Shown here in pieces: positions 34,151-44,792 of a DNA stretch of 64,000 nucleotides (position 1 is the first letter of the stretch; every line of letters starts with the position of its first letter). The notes under the pieces are model-generated. The model did no database searches and was not told the origin of the DNA. It was given only the letters and a program-made list of their open reading frames with translations. A program made the position numbers and the translations under genes. Source of the DNA: a virus (Duplodnaviria > Caudoviricetes); the IMG/VR virus record IMGVR_UViG_3300043021_000113, one strand, 5' to 3'.

Positions 34151-34618
34151 TTAATTTAACCCAGTAGAATTAAAACCTCCTTCTCCTCGTTCAGTTTCCG
34201 ATAATTCATCAGAAATCACAAACTCGGCGTCTTCGGCTTTAATTATCAATAGTTGTGCAATTCTTGTATGTTTTGGAACATAAAAATCGAAAGAATCGTT
34301 GTTCCTTTGAATTACAGATACATTGCCCCTAAAGCTTGAATCTATAATACCATCTTTAACGTCACAATCGTACCTATGTTCAAAATTACATTCAGAATCG
34401 CTGCAGCCTGCATATCCCTTTAGTTCAAAACCAGATCTTGGTTTTATAATTCCCACATATCCTTTAGGAATTTCTAAAGCAATATCCAGAGGCAGTTTAT
34501 GCCTTCCAGGACTAATTGCATACTCTCGCGGAGTGTATAAATCAAATCCAGCTGCTCCATCATCAGCTCTTGTTGGCACCCTTGCACCATCACTTAAAAG
34601 TTTAATCTTGATTTGCAT
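34151..34618 (-). CDS. dut: dUTPase
   Basis: AAGFDL, PRSG, GIIDSSFRG, RIAQL, RGEGGFNSTG. Confidence 0.95.
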   Translation of the reverse strand: MQIKIKLLSDGARVPTRADDGAAGFDLYTPREYAISPGRHKLPLDIALEIPKGYVGIIKPRSGFELKGYAGCSDSECNFEHRYDCDVKDGIIDSSFRGNVSVIQRNNDSFDFYVPKHTRIAQLLIIKAEDAEFVISDELSETERGEGGFNSTGLN

Positions 34619-35042
34619 TGCTTAAAACATTTATGCGTTTATTTAAAATTTCCACGTATTGTTTCATAATGGATAATTGATCCATTAATAAATATCCATG
34701 GTCACATTTTTCATCCTTGTCTATAAAAGCTTTTAATTTAGAGATTTTGTCTTCTAAATCTGTTTTTTCTATTAACAATTTAGCTTTTATTTCTTTACAT
34801 TTACTCATAACTTAGTTTATTTTATCGTGAAAGTTTAAATAATCTTTAAGAAAGTTTATGCACTCAAGTTCAGCAAAGCTCAATGAAAGCATTTTAGGGT
34901 TTCCATCGCCTCTTTGAATTATTACATCCCAGCCTTCGCCATTTGACCATTCGCAAAGTTCAATGAAATCGTGTTCTTTGGCACTATAATCAACACCTTT
35001 AAGTTTCATTGAAGCTGAATTTCTACTTTCTATTTTCATAAT

Positions 35043-35843
35043 TTACGCAAAATTAATTTCTGCAATTCTACTTACTGGAACATATCCAGGACCATTTAGG
35101 TTTGTACTTCCAGCAATAGTTACAGCTTTAATTGTTTTTAAGCAAAGTTCATTTTTGTAATGAGTAAATAACGGTTTATGTAAATAATAAACATTGTTTT
35201 CTGTTGTTTTTACAATGTAACTTTTACCATAAACATAAGGCATCGGACGTTCTATTTTATCGTTAAAGATGAAATCTTCCAAAGAATAAGCTGCTATTGT
35301 GTCATTTTCTGTTAATTCATCTTTTTTGTCTATTTCCTCCAAAAAGCCTTCTATAATATATGCTATCGTTTCCTCGTCATAATTTTTGGAAAGCTCTTCT
35401 ATTGCATCTTTTATCTCATCAATAGCGATATTTAGTTTGTCCAATACCTCTAGTTCTTTCTCATCATTAACATCTACGAATTCTTCTTCATTCTCGTTAG
35501 AATCGTTTTGAATATTATTCAAAACATTTTCTACTTCATTAAGTTTGCATTCTGTTTCATAATCAATCGTGTTTCCATCGTCATTTGTAAACTTAATCTT
35601 GATGTTTACTTTTTCTTTTTCTTCCTCTTCTTGTATTTTTGGTTCTTCTACTTCATCATCAGTTCCTCTGTTTACTAGTTCATCACTAACAACTTTTGAA
35701 GCTACATTAAGAGTTTTGAAAATTTCAAGTAATTTTGAATCTGTAATGTCACATAACGCATTATCGCTTACAAACTCAAGCATATTATCAAGGTTTACCA
35801 TTGCGTCTACAAATTCAGCACACAAACATTTTTTAGAATTCAT
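35043..35843 (-). CDS. acidic hypothetical protein
   Basis: 266 aa ORF. Confidence 0.55.
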   Translation of the reverse strand: MNSKKCLCAEFVDAMVNLDNMLEFVSDNALCDITDSKLLEIFKTLNVASKVVSDELVNRGTDDEVEEPKIQEEEEKEKVNIKIKFTNDDGNTIDYETECKLNEVENVLNNIQNDSNENEEEFVDVNDEKELEVLDKLNIAIDEIKDAIEELSKNYDEETIAYIIEGFLEEIDKKDELTENDTIAAYSLEDFIFNDKIERPMPYVYGKSYIVKTTENNVYYLHKPLFTHYKNELCLKTIKAVTIAGSTNLNGPGYVPVSRIAEINFA

Positions 35844-35919
35844 AATTTAAAATTAAAAAGTTAAACTGTTAAAATATTATTTAATTATATATGTAATTAA
35901 TAGATTTTATTTGTTCATT

Positions 35920-38540
35920 TTAAATCAATAAAAATTTGTTAATATCGAAAAAATCCTTTGATGTATAATAATTGCTCATTGTTTCACAAGCTTTTTCAAA
36001 CTCTTTTAAAACTTTATTTTCAATTATCATATCATTTGTTAAACTATCATTAGTTATTATTCCACCAATAGTTCTACATCTAGACAAAGCAACGTATAAT
36101 TGCCCAGAAGAAAAAATGTTTTTTATATTAAGCTTTACTGTATCAAAAGTTAAACCTTGGCTCTTGTGTATTGTAACAGCCCAAGCTAAACGTAAAGGAA
36201 ATTGTGTTATTTTTCCCAATTCTTCTTGGGTTATTTCTTCTCCTTCTAATTTATACTTTTTGCTTATCCATTGATAAGGCTTAATATTTACTATTTCTCC
36301 ATTGTCTAGTTTAACGGTTATTACATCCTCTCCAAAGCCTGTAATTTCCCCTGTAGAACCATTAAAAAATCTTCCGTTAGAATCATTAATAATGGTCATT
36401 ACACGCGCTCCTAAGCGTAAAACAAGCTCTTTTTCGCAAGGTATAGAAGCTTCGTTAAACTCACCTTCTATTTTAGCTTTTGCTCTAATTAATTTTGAGC
36501 GTCCTAATTTAGCTAAATTTATTTTATCGGCTAAGTACTTATGCGTACAAAGTTCGACAAAATCAGAAGAATTAGTTTTATTCGAATTTTCTTTAAAATA
36601 TTTTATATCTGATTTTGTAAGTTTATACTTTCTTACATTATTAAGAAGTTTTATAAATTCAGGGTCTTTCTGTCTAAAAATTTTGTTTAATTCTAAAATA
36701 TGAAAACCTGTATTATTCCAAACTTTAGCATTAAAAAAGTAAAAATCATTATAAAAATTTTTAAGAATGTTTGCTTCTTCTTCTTTAACAACTGGTGGTA
36801 ATTGGTAAAGATCACCAAACATGACTAACTGAACACCTCCAAATGGTTTTGAATCTTTATGCGCCCATCTTAAAATCTTATCTATATAATCCAAAACATC
36901 AGCTCTTACCATTGAAATTTCATCAATAAATAAAACGTCAATAGCTCTTAGCATTTTTTGCTTGAATTTTAATTTTGAATAAGATATAGTACCATTTGGT
37001 GTTATAGGACCAAATGGTATTTGAAAAAGACTATGTAAAGTTGAACCTCCAACGTTAACTGCTGCTACTCCTGTTGGAGCTGCTACAATAACGTTTTTAT
37101 TCTCTATAAGATTTAATAGATAATTTAATAAAACCGTTTTCGTTATGTTATCTTATAGGCTTTTTATCCTATAATTCTATAAGTTATTAATTCCTTATAG
37201 TCCAGCATACATTTTCACCCTTGACTTAACCATTAGGGTGTTGGGCACTCTTGGAGATATTATATTTATTCAATCTCTATGCGTTACACTGTTTCAGAAC
37301 CTATACGAAATTTCTGAAATTAGCACGGTATTAGCATTCCAGCCTTCACCGTTTTTACCCAATAATAATCTTTATGATTTCTCATAAAGACGGCAATATT
37401 CTAAATATCGTTCATACTTGCGATCTAAGTATATAGTTGCGTTTTTGTATATTTGAGTTAAAAATTTATAACCTTTTAAATTTGAATAATAAATTTCTTT
37501 AGTTATGTTATTATTACTTCTTGGATTAGCATTAGTTTTTGCTTCTTTAAATGGTATATCTTCTATGTAGTCTTGCATTTTTTCTAAAAAATTTTTAGTT
37601 CCTAATAAAGAACAAGTCATTTTTGTATGTTCCTTGTTTTGATAACTAATACAACCATCCCCGTCAAAATAACCTCTAATAAAATGAAGTATAAGATCTT
37701 GTGATTTAAAAATTGAAATATCTGGAAATGTTAAAATTAAAGATTTTCTAGGTACAACACCCAAATTATTTAATGCAGTCCAAATAGTTTTGTTATTACA
37801 ACCCCATCTGCAACGTTCGCATTCTTTGTCTCCACATTTAACCTTGCTAATCCTAACTCTTTCAGAATCAGTGCATTTTATAAATTTATTAAATTTTTCT
37901 AAATGTCCAGCATCTGAACCCTTTAGTGATATTTCAAAATCATAACAATCTTTTCCAACATAACCGTCAGCATAAATAAAACCTAACCAATAAGCTTTTT
38001 CTTCAGTATCAATTGTATTAAATACATTTTCATTAAAACGTGGTCTATTTTGATAATTAATTATTTTTATACCCATTTTCTTTAATCTTCTAATTAAAGC
38101 GTCACGAGTCAGACCATATTTTACAGCAATTTTAGTAGCGCTTGGCTCTTGATTATTATTTAATGCTTCTATATATTCATCTTGTGCATGTTTAAATGCT
38201 ATAATTTGCTTAAGGTTTATTCCACCTTGTGCAAGATAACCTCTACGCTTTAATTCATCATCAAGCGTGCGGTCTTTTAATTTTAACTCTTTTTTTACAG
38301 CTCTTACAGGACCAAATCCTGATAAGTACAACTCTATTCCTTTTTCTATTATTTCTTGATTCATACATTTGTATTATAAAATACAAATATATAAAATAAA
38401 TAATAGAAACGCAAGTTATGGAAACTTTATTATTTACTACCACTTCCAGCTTTGCCTGTCAAGAATAAATGCTCTCCTTTATCTATCACAATACTTACAG
38501 CCTTTTTCATTTCATCTGTAATTATTATTTCTTGTTGCAT
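35920..38540 (-). CDS. Pif1/RecD-like SF1B helicase, spliced (exons 38540-38439 and 37140-35920)
   Basis: the join restores TGKAGSG|KT; APTGVAA; IDEISM; GDLYQLPP; TIHKSQG; YVALSR. Confidence 0.9.
37141..38438 (-). mobile_element. group I intron 5 carrying a LAGLIDADG endonuclease
   Basis: P3 UUGGGUA/UGCCCAA; P7 GCAUA/UAUGC; ends CAUAACG; splits Walker A in frame. Confidence 0.85.
37372..38364 (-). CDS. intron-encoded LAGLIDADG endonuclease
   Basis: AYWLGFIYADG; HFIRGYFDGDG. Confidence 0.85.
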   Translation of the reverse strand: MNQEIIEKGIELYLSGFGPVRAVKKELKLKDRTLDDELKRRGYLAQGGINLKQIIAFKHAQDEYIEALNNNQEPSATKIAVKYGLTRDALIRRLKKMGIKIINYQNRPRFNENVFNTIDTEEKAYWLGFIYADGYVGKDCYDFEISLKGSDAGHLEKFNKFIKCTDSERVRISKVKCGDKECERCRWGCNNKTIWTALNNLGVVPRKSLILTFPDISIFKSQDLILHFIRGYFDGDGCISYQNKEHTKMTCSLLGTKNFLEKMQDYIEDIPFKEAKTNANPRSNNNITKEIYYSNLKGYKFLTQIYKNATIYLDRKYERYLEYCRLYEKS

Positions 38541-38552
38541 AATTAAAATTTT

Positions 38553-40763
38553 TTAAGAGCATTTAGACCAGCCGCAATTTTGACATTGAGAGCAACCACC
38601 TTGTGCTACAATACCTTTTGTTTTGCATTCTGGACAAAAACCAAGCTCTAATTCATCTTTAATATAAGTTAAATCAATTTGAGGTTTTTTAATTACTATT
38701 TCTTCTTTGTTTGCTTGTGCCATAATGTCTTTTATAGCATTAGCAATTGCTGATGGACAACAAGCACCAGGGCTTGTGTCTTTCTTTGTGGCACGTCTAA
38801 CTGCATAAGAAGGACACGTACCGCAACTTATCAATTGATCAAGTATTGCTTCAGTAGAAATTCCACCTCTAGCAGCTAACGAAACCATACGTGACAGAGA
38901 CACCATAAAGTTTTGGCAGCCACCAGTTGATCCTTTAGATAAATAAATTTCTTTTAATTGTTTTGTTGCTTTATCTACATATACGTTTACATGTAAAGTT
39001 CCACAACCAGTCATAATTGTTCTTTTTAACCCTAAATAATCATCGCTTGGACGTTCAATTTCTCCTCGCTTTAATTCTTTAATATCAGAAGATTTTTGTT
39101 CTTTTTCTTTATTAATCGATAAAATAGGATCTCTTGATCCTTCAACATATATTGTCTGTCCTTTTAAACCTTCAGACCAACTTTTAATATAAAGTTTCTT
39201 TACTTCTTCAAGAGTAATTGTACTTTTTAAATTAATAGTTGTTGAAATTCCAGTGTCTGTTGCATCCTGTAAAGCAGCTTGCATTGCTATTTTATCTTTC
39301 CAGCTTATATCTTGAGCTGTAACAAAATAATTTGGTAATTCTCCTTTTGGATGAACTTTTCTGTATTCTTTAACAATTCCAGCTTGTACCTTATAAACTT
39401 TTTCTTCATTATTTAACGATTTTGTTTTTCTGTTAAATTCTAAAGCAAAGTTAACTTCTACACCCGTAGAAACTCCAATCATGGTTCCAATTGACCCAGT
39501 TGGCGCAACAGATAACAAACTACAGTTTCTCAATCTATTTGTTTTCTTAAAATAAGTTATCTTTTCTCCATCTACATTTCTTCTTATAATGTCAGAATCC
39601 CAAACTTCTTTAGTATAACCAGGAAAACTTCCACGATCAAGTCCTAAGTTTACACTAGCCATTAAAACTTCATTAAAAATGAAATTTTGAAGTCTTTTAG
39701 CAAATCTTACTGCATCATTTGAACCATAAGTCATGCCAAGCTTAATTAAAGCATCAGCTAAACCCATAATTCCAATGCCTATATTTCTAAACTTACGTGA
39801 AGCTTCCCTTTGTTCTGGTAAAGGATGTCTTCTCATTCCTTCTTCTAATACATCATCCATTGCTAGAGTCATTACTGGAATATCAGCTGCTAACTCTTTA
39901 AAATTAAACCATGAATTATTAGTAAATGGATTTTTAACATAAGCTGAAACATTAATTGAAGATAAATTGCACGAAGAATTTTTGTGAAGAGGTTGTTCCC
40001 CGCATGGATTTGTGGTTTCTATGTTATAAGAAGCTACATGCTGCATTATATTATAATTTCGCATTCTTTCTGTAAACAAAACTCCAGGTTCTGCAGATCT
40101 AATCGCTGATTCACAAATCTTGGTAAATATAAATGGAGCATCTATTTCATAAGTTAAACCAAAGTTTTTAACTTTTAATTTTTTATTATCAACTACAGCT
40201 TGCATGAATTCATCGCTAAGCTCTACTGATAAATTAGCATTAAGAATCTTTGTTTTATCTTCTTTTATTGTTATAAAATCTAAAATTTGTGGATGCATAG
40301 CATCAAGAGACATTAGCAAAGCTCCTTTTCTTGATCCACCTTGAGATATACTAGCTGTTGTTTGATTAAATAACTCCATAAAAGGAATTATTCCGTCTGA
40401 TTCATAACGTCCATTAATTAAAGCACCTTTAGGTCTAATTTTTGATAAACTCAATCCTTGGCCACCTTGTGCTTTATAAGTTAAAGCAATATTTTTGTTC
40501 ACTTGCATTATATCTTCCAAGCTATCTTTTACATAGCCAGAAGAATAACAATTACTTAAACTCGACCCATCGTTTACTCCTCTATTACTTAAAGTTCTAC
40601 CACCAAATAGAAACTTTTTATTAATAATTAGGTTTTTAACTTCTGAATTACCTTGACTTACTCTTTCGAGCCATTGTTCGAAACTTTCGTTATTATAACA
40701 ATATTTTTTCGTCCAAATATCAATTCCTAATTGATCGTTGTTTAACCATTCATTAATAGTCAT
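38553..40763 (-). CDS. nrdJ: class II (B12-dependent) ribonucleotide reductase; start at 40763 (MTINEWL)
   Basis: SLSNC, TNPCGE, CNLSS, APTGS, C-terminal TSCPD-like domain and Zn ribbon; no beta-subunit gene nearby. Confidence 0.85.
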   Translation of the reverse strand: MTINEWLNNDQLGIDIWTKKYCYNNESFEQWLERVSQGNSEVKNLIINKKFLFGGRTLSNRGVNDGSSLSNCYSSGYVKDSLEDIMQVNKNIALTYKAQGGQGLSLSKIRPKGALINGRYESDGIIPFMELFNQTTASISQGGSRKGALLMSLDAMHPQILDFITIKEDKTKILNANLSVELSDEFMQAVVDNKKLKVKNFGLTYEIDAPFIFTKICESAIRSAEPGVLFTERMRNYNIMQHVASYNIETTNPCGEQPLHKNSSCNLSSINVSAYVKNPFTNNSWFNFKELAADIPVMTLAMDDVLEEGMRRHPLPEQREASRKFRNIGIGIMGLADALIKLGMTYGSNDAVRFAKRLQNFIFNEVLMASVNLGLDRGSFPGYTKEVWDSDIIRRNVDGEKITYFKKTNRLRNCSLLSVAPTGSIGTMIGVSTGVEVNFALEFNRKTKSLNNEEKVYKVQAGIVKEYRKVHPKGELPNYFVTAQDISWKDKIAMQAALQDATDTGISTTINLKSTITLEEVKKLYIKSWSEGLKGQTIYVEGSRDPILSINKEKEQKSSDIKELKRGEIERPSDDYLGLKRTIMTGCGTLHVNVYVDKATKQLKEIYLSKGSTGGCQNFMVSLSRMVSLAARGGISTEAILDQLISCGTCPSYAVRRATKKDTSPGACCPSAIANAIKDIMAQANKEEIVIKKPQIDLTYIKDELELGFCPECKTKGIVAQGGCSQCQNCGWSKCS

Positions 40764-40789
40764 TTTTAAATTAGTTTTAAATATTAAAG

Positions 40790-40828
40790 AAAAAAAAAGA
40801 GGGCCCAGAATCACTTCTGAACCCTCCC
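40790..40828 (-). terminator. intrinsic terminator upstream of nrdJ
   Basis: GAGGGTTCAGAA-GTGA-TTCTGGGCCCTC followed by a U run. Confidence 0.75.
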
Positions 40829-41144
40829 GAATTAATAACCACATAAATAAAACACAAAAGCTCTTTCCCTATAATAAGCGTTTAGACAATAATTAAAACA
40901 AGAACTAAGACCACCACACCAACAATGACCAGGACAAAGGAAAATTTGGGGTGCAGTGCGAAAATACATATTTAACTATAGAGTGAAAATGACTTATTAA
41001 GGGAACAAAGGAAAAGCAAAAATCTTGATCGTTTATTATGTAAACAATAAAAAATAAAAGGAGATATTAATTTTTAAACTTTTAAATTAAGAATTAAAAA
41101 TCATCGATAAAATTTTTAACATTTCCTTTGGCTTTTGTGCTTAT

Positions 41145-41984
41145 TTAAGCCAGAGTAATCAAGAATTGATAAATTAATTTTAAATTCTCTGGAATGGTTA
41201 TTTTCTGTTTTGAAAGATTACTTAGCATGTTTACTTTGTATTCTTCACAAGCTGTATGTAAATTTTCTCTTATATTTGAAAATTCATCAAAAGCTCGATT
41301 ATAATCTTCTAAACGTTTCACAGTTTCTACTGTTACTTTATCGTTAATTTTACTTTTTAAATAATTAAGTTTCTTTTGAGATTCTCTGTATTCTTCGTTT
41401 ATTTCAAAGAAAAATGCGTTAAAATCTGTTTCCTTAATTACTAAAGATCTTTTATTTACTATTACATCTCTTCCGGTTCCTTCTATATTACAAGGATTTT
41501 GTTTAACAGACGTTATTTGTCCTTTTAAATCGTTAATAAATCCTGAATGTAAAGCTTTTCCCAAATGAGCTGTTCTAGCTTCTAATCCGTAAAACTCCGC
41601 TTTTTCTTCTTCTGACATTTCAGAAATTGCGTCTTCTTCTGTATAAGATACAAATTGAGGACCAACTGGTTTTTCTTTACCTGTTATTTCTAAATATTCC
41701 TCTAATTTGATATTACTTATTTTTTCCGCTTCTTTAGTAAGCCGCTTTATTTCTTCTCCAATATATGCTGAAAAACTGTAAAGTTGACATATTCTTTGGA
41801 GGTTTTCTTTTAAACTTTTGAATTCTATTTCGCTACCATTTACTGTTTTATAACTTGAATTTGTGTTAAGCAGTGTCATTGTGTTTTCATAACATTTTAC
41901 ACTGTTAAGCTCTACTAACAAACGATCTGCAACTTCTTTACAAAGGTTTTTTAAATGGTTAGCTTCTGATTTTGTAATTCCCAT
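41145..41984 (-). CDS. coiled-coil hypothetical protein
   Basis: 279 aa helical ORF followed by a ~290-nt untranslated region. Confidence 0.65.
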   Translation of the reverse strand: MGITKSEANHLKNLCKEVADRLLVELNSVKCYENTMTLLNTNSSYKTVNGSEIEFKSLKENLQRICQLYSFSAYIGEEIKRLTKEAEKISNIKLEEYLEITGKEKPVGPQFVSYTEEDAISEMSEEEKAEFYGLEARTAHLGKALHSGFINDLKGQITSVKQNPCNIEGTGRDVIVNKRSLVIKETDFNAFFFEINEEYRESQKKLNYLKSKINDKVTVETVKRLEDYNRAFDEFSNIRENLHTACEEYKVNMLSNLSKQKITIPENLKLIYQFLITLA

Positions 41985-44792
41985 TTTAAATATCTTTTAT
42001 GCTAAGCAAACATAAATCTTTTCTTTATCAATACATTTGCTCATAAGTTCTTTTAATTCTTTAGCATCTTGCAATGTTTGACTGTATTTTCTATGTTCAG
42101 TTGATATTTCTTGCTTAATGCGTTTTATATCAGCACTTATTGCTCTAAGAATTGCTCGTAAGCCATGTGCATCGTCAATTAATCTTAAAACTCTTGGTTT
42201 GTCATAATCAGAAATAAAATGCAATCTAGGATATAATCCTAATTGCTTTTTGTTTATATCTCTAAGCTTAAGAAAATTGCGATATTGTTTCTTTAATTGT
42301 TCGTATTCTTTATAAAGCTTTTTTACCTTTTTCATTTAAATTTTCAATAAAAATTTTTGTTATTACGTCAATATTATTTGTTATTTGCCAATAAATATCA
42401 ATCTTCTTTTCTTTTTCTCCTGTTGGCCAATCTTTAAGTATTATTTCATATTCACATCGAGCCCAAAATTGATATTTTGACCAATGAAGAATAAAATTTT
42501 TGAATTCTTCAAAAGTCTTGGGCTTTTCTTGATTTCTTGAGTAGATATTTAAAAGGTATGGCATAATGTCATACCCTTTAAATTCTCTACTGTTGAAGTC
42601 ATAAATTATACAATTAAAACTTCTAATCATTATTATTAACTTTCTATTTTAAATGTAAAAACTCTGTCTCTATCATTGACTTTGACATTAGAATTTCACC
42701 TTGTAAATGTAAGAATTCATTTATAATACTACGTGAAGTGCTCATTTTGATTTCTGTTGATTCTAGTTCTAACATTAAATCTTCAATCACATTGTACATT
42801 TGGTTTAATTCTTCTTTTACGTTATTTTCAAATTCTATTATTGTCATTATATAAACTCCTAACTTCTTTTATTACACACTCAACACCCATTGCTATTTCT
42901 AGCAACTCATCATCTATTGCTTCATAAGTTTCATCGTCTAGCTCGTCTTCGTCTATTTCATCCAATAACTCGCTAAGCTCTATTAACTCTTCTTTAATTT
43001 CTAGAAGTCTAGCTTCTAACATTTCGTGGTATTCTTTAAATTTCATGGGTAACTTTTTATTTTCTTAACTGTTTTTATACATTTTTTCAAATTGTCTTTT
43101 TCTATCGCAAAAACGATTTTTAACATTGAAGTTTCAATGTTTGAATTCTTAACTTCTGTTTTAGAAAATACTTCCATATCATCTAAAATCAGTTTTAATT
43201 CATTAAGAACTAATATTTTATAGTTAGAAAAAGAAATTCCGTTTTCGTAACATTCAATTTTGAATTCTTCTAATTTGTAATTAGCATTGTTTATACTGTT
43301 AAGTTCATTTTCTATGTCCCATCTTAATTTAACAATAGCACCTTTAATATCAAAAACTCCTTCATAATTATTAGAGTTTACTTCTATAAAAGCAATAGAA
43401 TTTAATTTATCTGTAATTTTTTTTAGCTTTTCTATTATAAGCCTTCTGTATCTTCCGTGTGTTAACATTTAAAATCTCGTTTAGTTCAATAACTGCTGGC
43501 ATAGGCCAAATCTCAACAATACTTCCTCGCATATATTCAAGCTCTGCTTGAACTAAGCGTCGTTTATTTGACAATAACATTTTACCAATCTTCAAGTTCT
43601 CCAAATTGGCTATCTAAGAAATCTTCTGTTTCTTGTTGCCAATCTTCGGAGTCATTAAAATTAGTTTCATTATCGAAAAATTCTGCTAATTCTTCGTAAT
43701 TTTCGAAAATTTCATTATCTAATGTTTCGAAAACTTTTGTTTTCTTCTGTTTCATAATTTATTTTTCTTTTTATATTTGCAATTGTCGCATTTGTGATTA
43801 TGTGGGTGTCCTAAATACCAATCATGACCTAAGCAAGCAAGAGTTAACATTCCAATTGCTACTACGGATCCAATGACAATGAATAATTCCATATAAGATG
43901 TTTTTTTGATCTTTCCCAGTCATTGTTCATTTGGTAAATTAACGCTAAAAGTGCAATCACTATTGCAATAACTGAAAAAATATTTAATAAGTTACTTTTT
44001 ATTTTTTGTTTCACATTTACTTTTTTATAATTCACGAAGTTTAAGCTCTGAAAAAGCAATTAAACCTTTAAAATCTAAAAATTAAGTCCATATATTATCA
44101 AAAACTTTTTCTTTGCATTTCTCGATTTTCTTTAATAAAAGCTCATCAATTGATCCATTCCATAGTTCCACTTGTTCATTTGAAAGCATAGTAGATGGAT
44201 AAATACAAATCATTTCTTCATTTTCGAAATCATAAACTATTACATAAGCAGAAATAAAATCATAGTTATTTATTAATTTATTAATATAATAAAAAACTTC
44301 ATGATCTACTACTTTATAAATTGAACCTAATTTTAATTCTTCCATAATTAAACAGCTTTAAATACTAAATAACCATTAGATTTTAAAAGTTTAATCGCTT
44401 TTTCAATTTCAACCTTTCTCTGAGCGTTCCAATCAGCCGTTTCATCATCTATAACGATAACTTCTGGCTTCTCTTCTTTAGGTCTATTTCTAGCGTAAAT
44501 CTCTTTCGATATATTATACGCTGTTTTATACATGAATTCAACCTTACCCATATAAAGAGGTTCTGTTTGAGTAACAAAATAACTTCTGTCCTCACTGTCT
44601 TCTTTTACAAAGCCAGATTCTTTAATGGCTCTATAAAAATAAGTATTCGAATAAATTTTCGAAATCTCAGTCTTAAACTCACTTTTAAGAAATTTCTTCC
44701 CTCGTAGCTTATTAAGCTGAGTTGTCATTTTTTCTATGTTTACCATAATAAAAATGGCAGTTCACCTATACACTGCCAGGTTTTAAAAATGT

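Noticed and set aside
38261-38443. 60-aa ORF at the 5' end of intron 5
   Set aside because: It overlaps the intron 5' region, the promoter and the endonuclease start; likely spurious
40764-40844. N-terminal extension of the RNR (MWLLIREGS...)
   Set aside because: It overlaps a terminator hairpin; the ATG at 40763 has a proper A-rich leader
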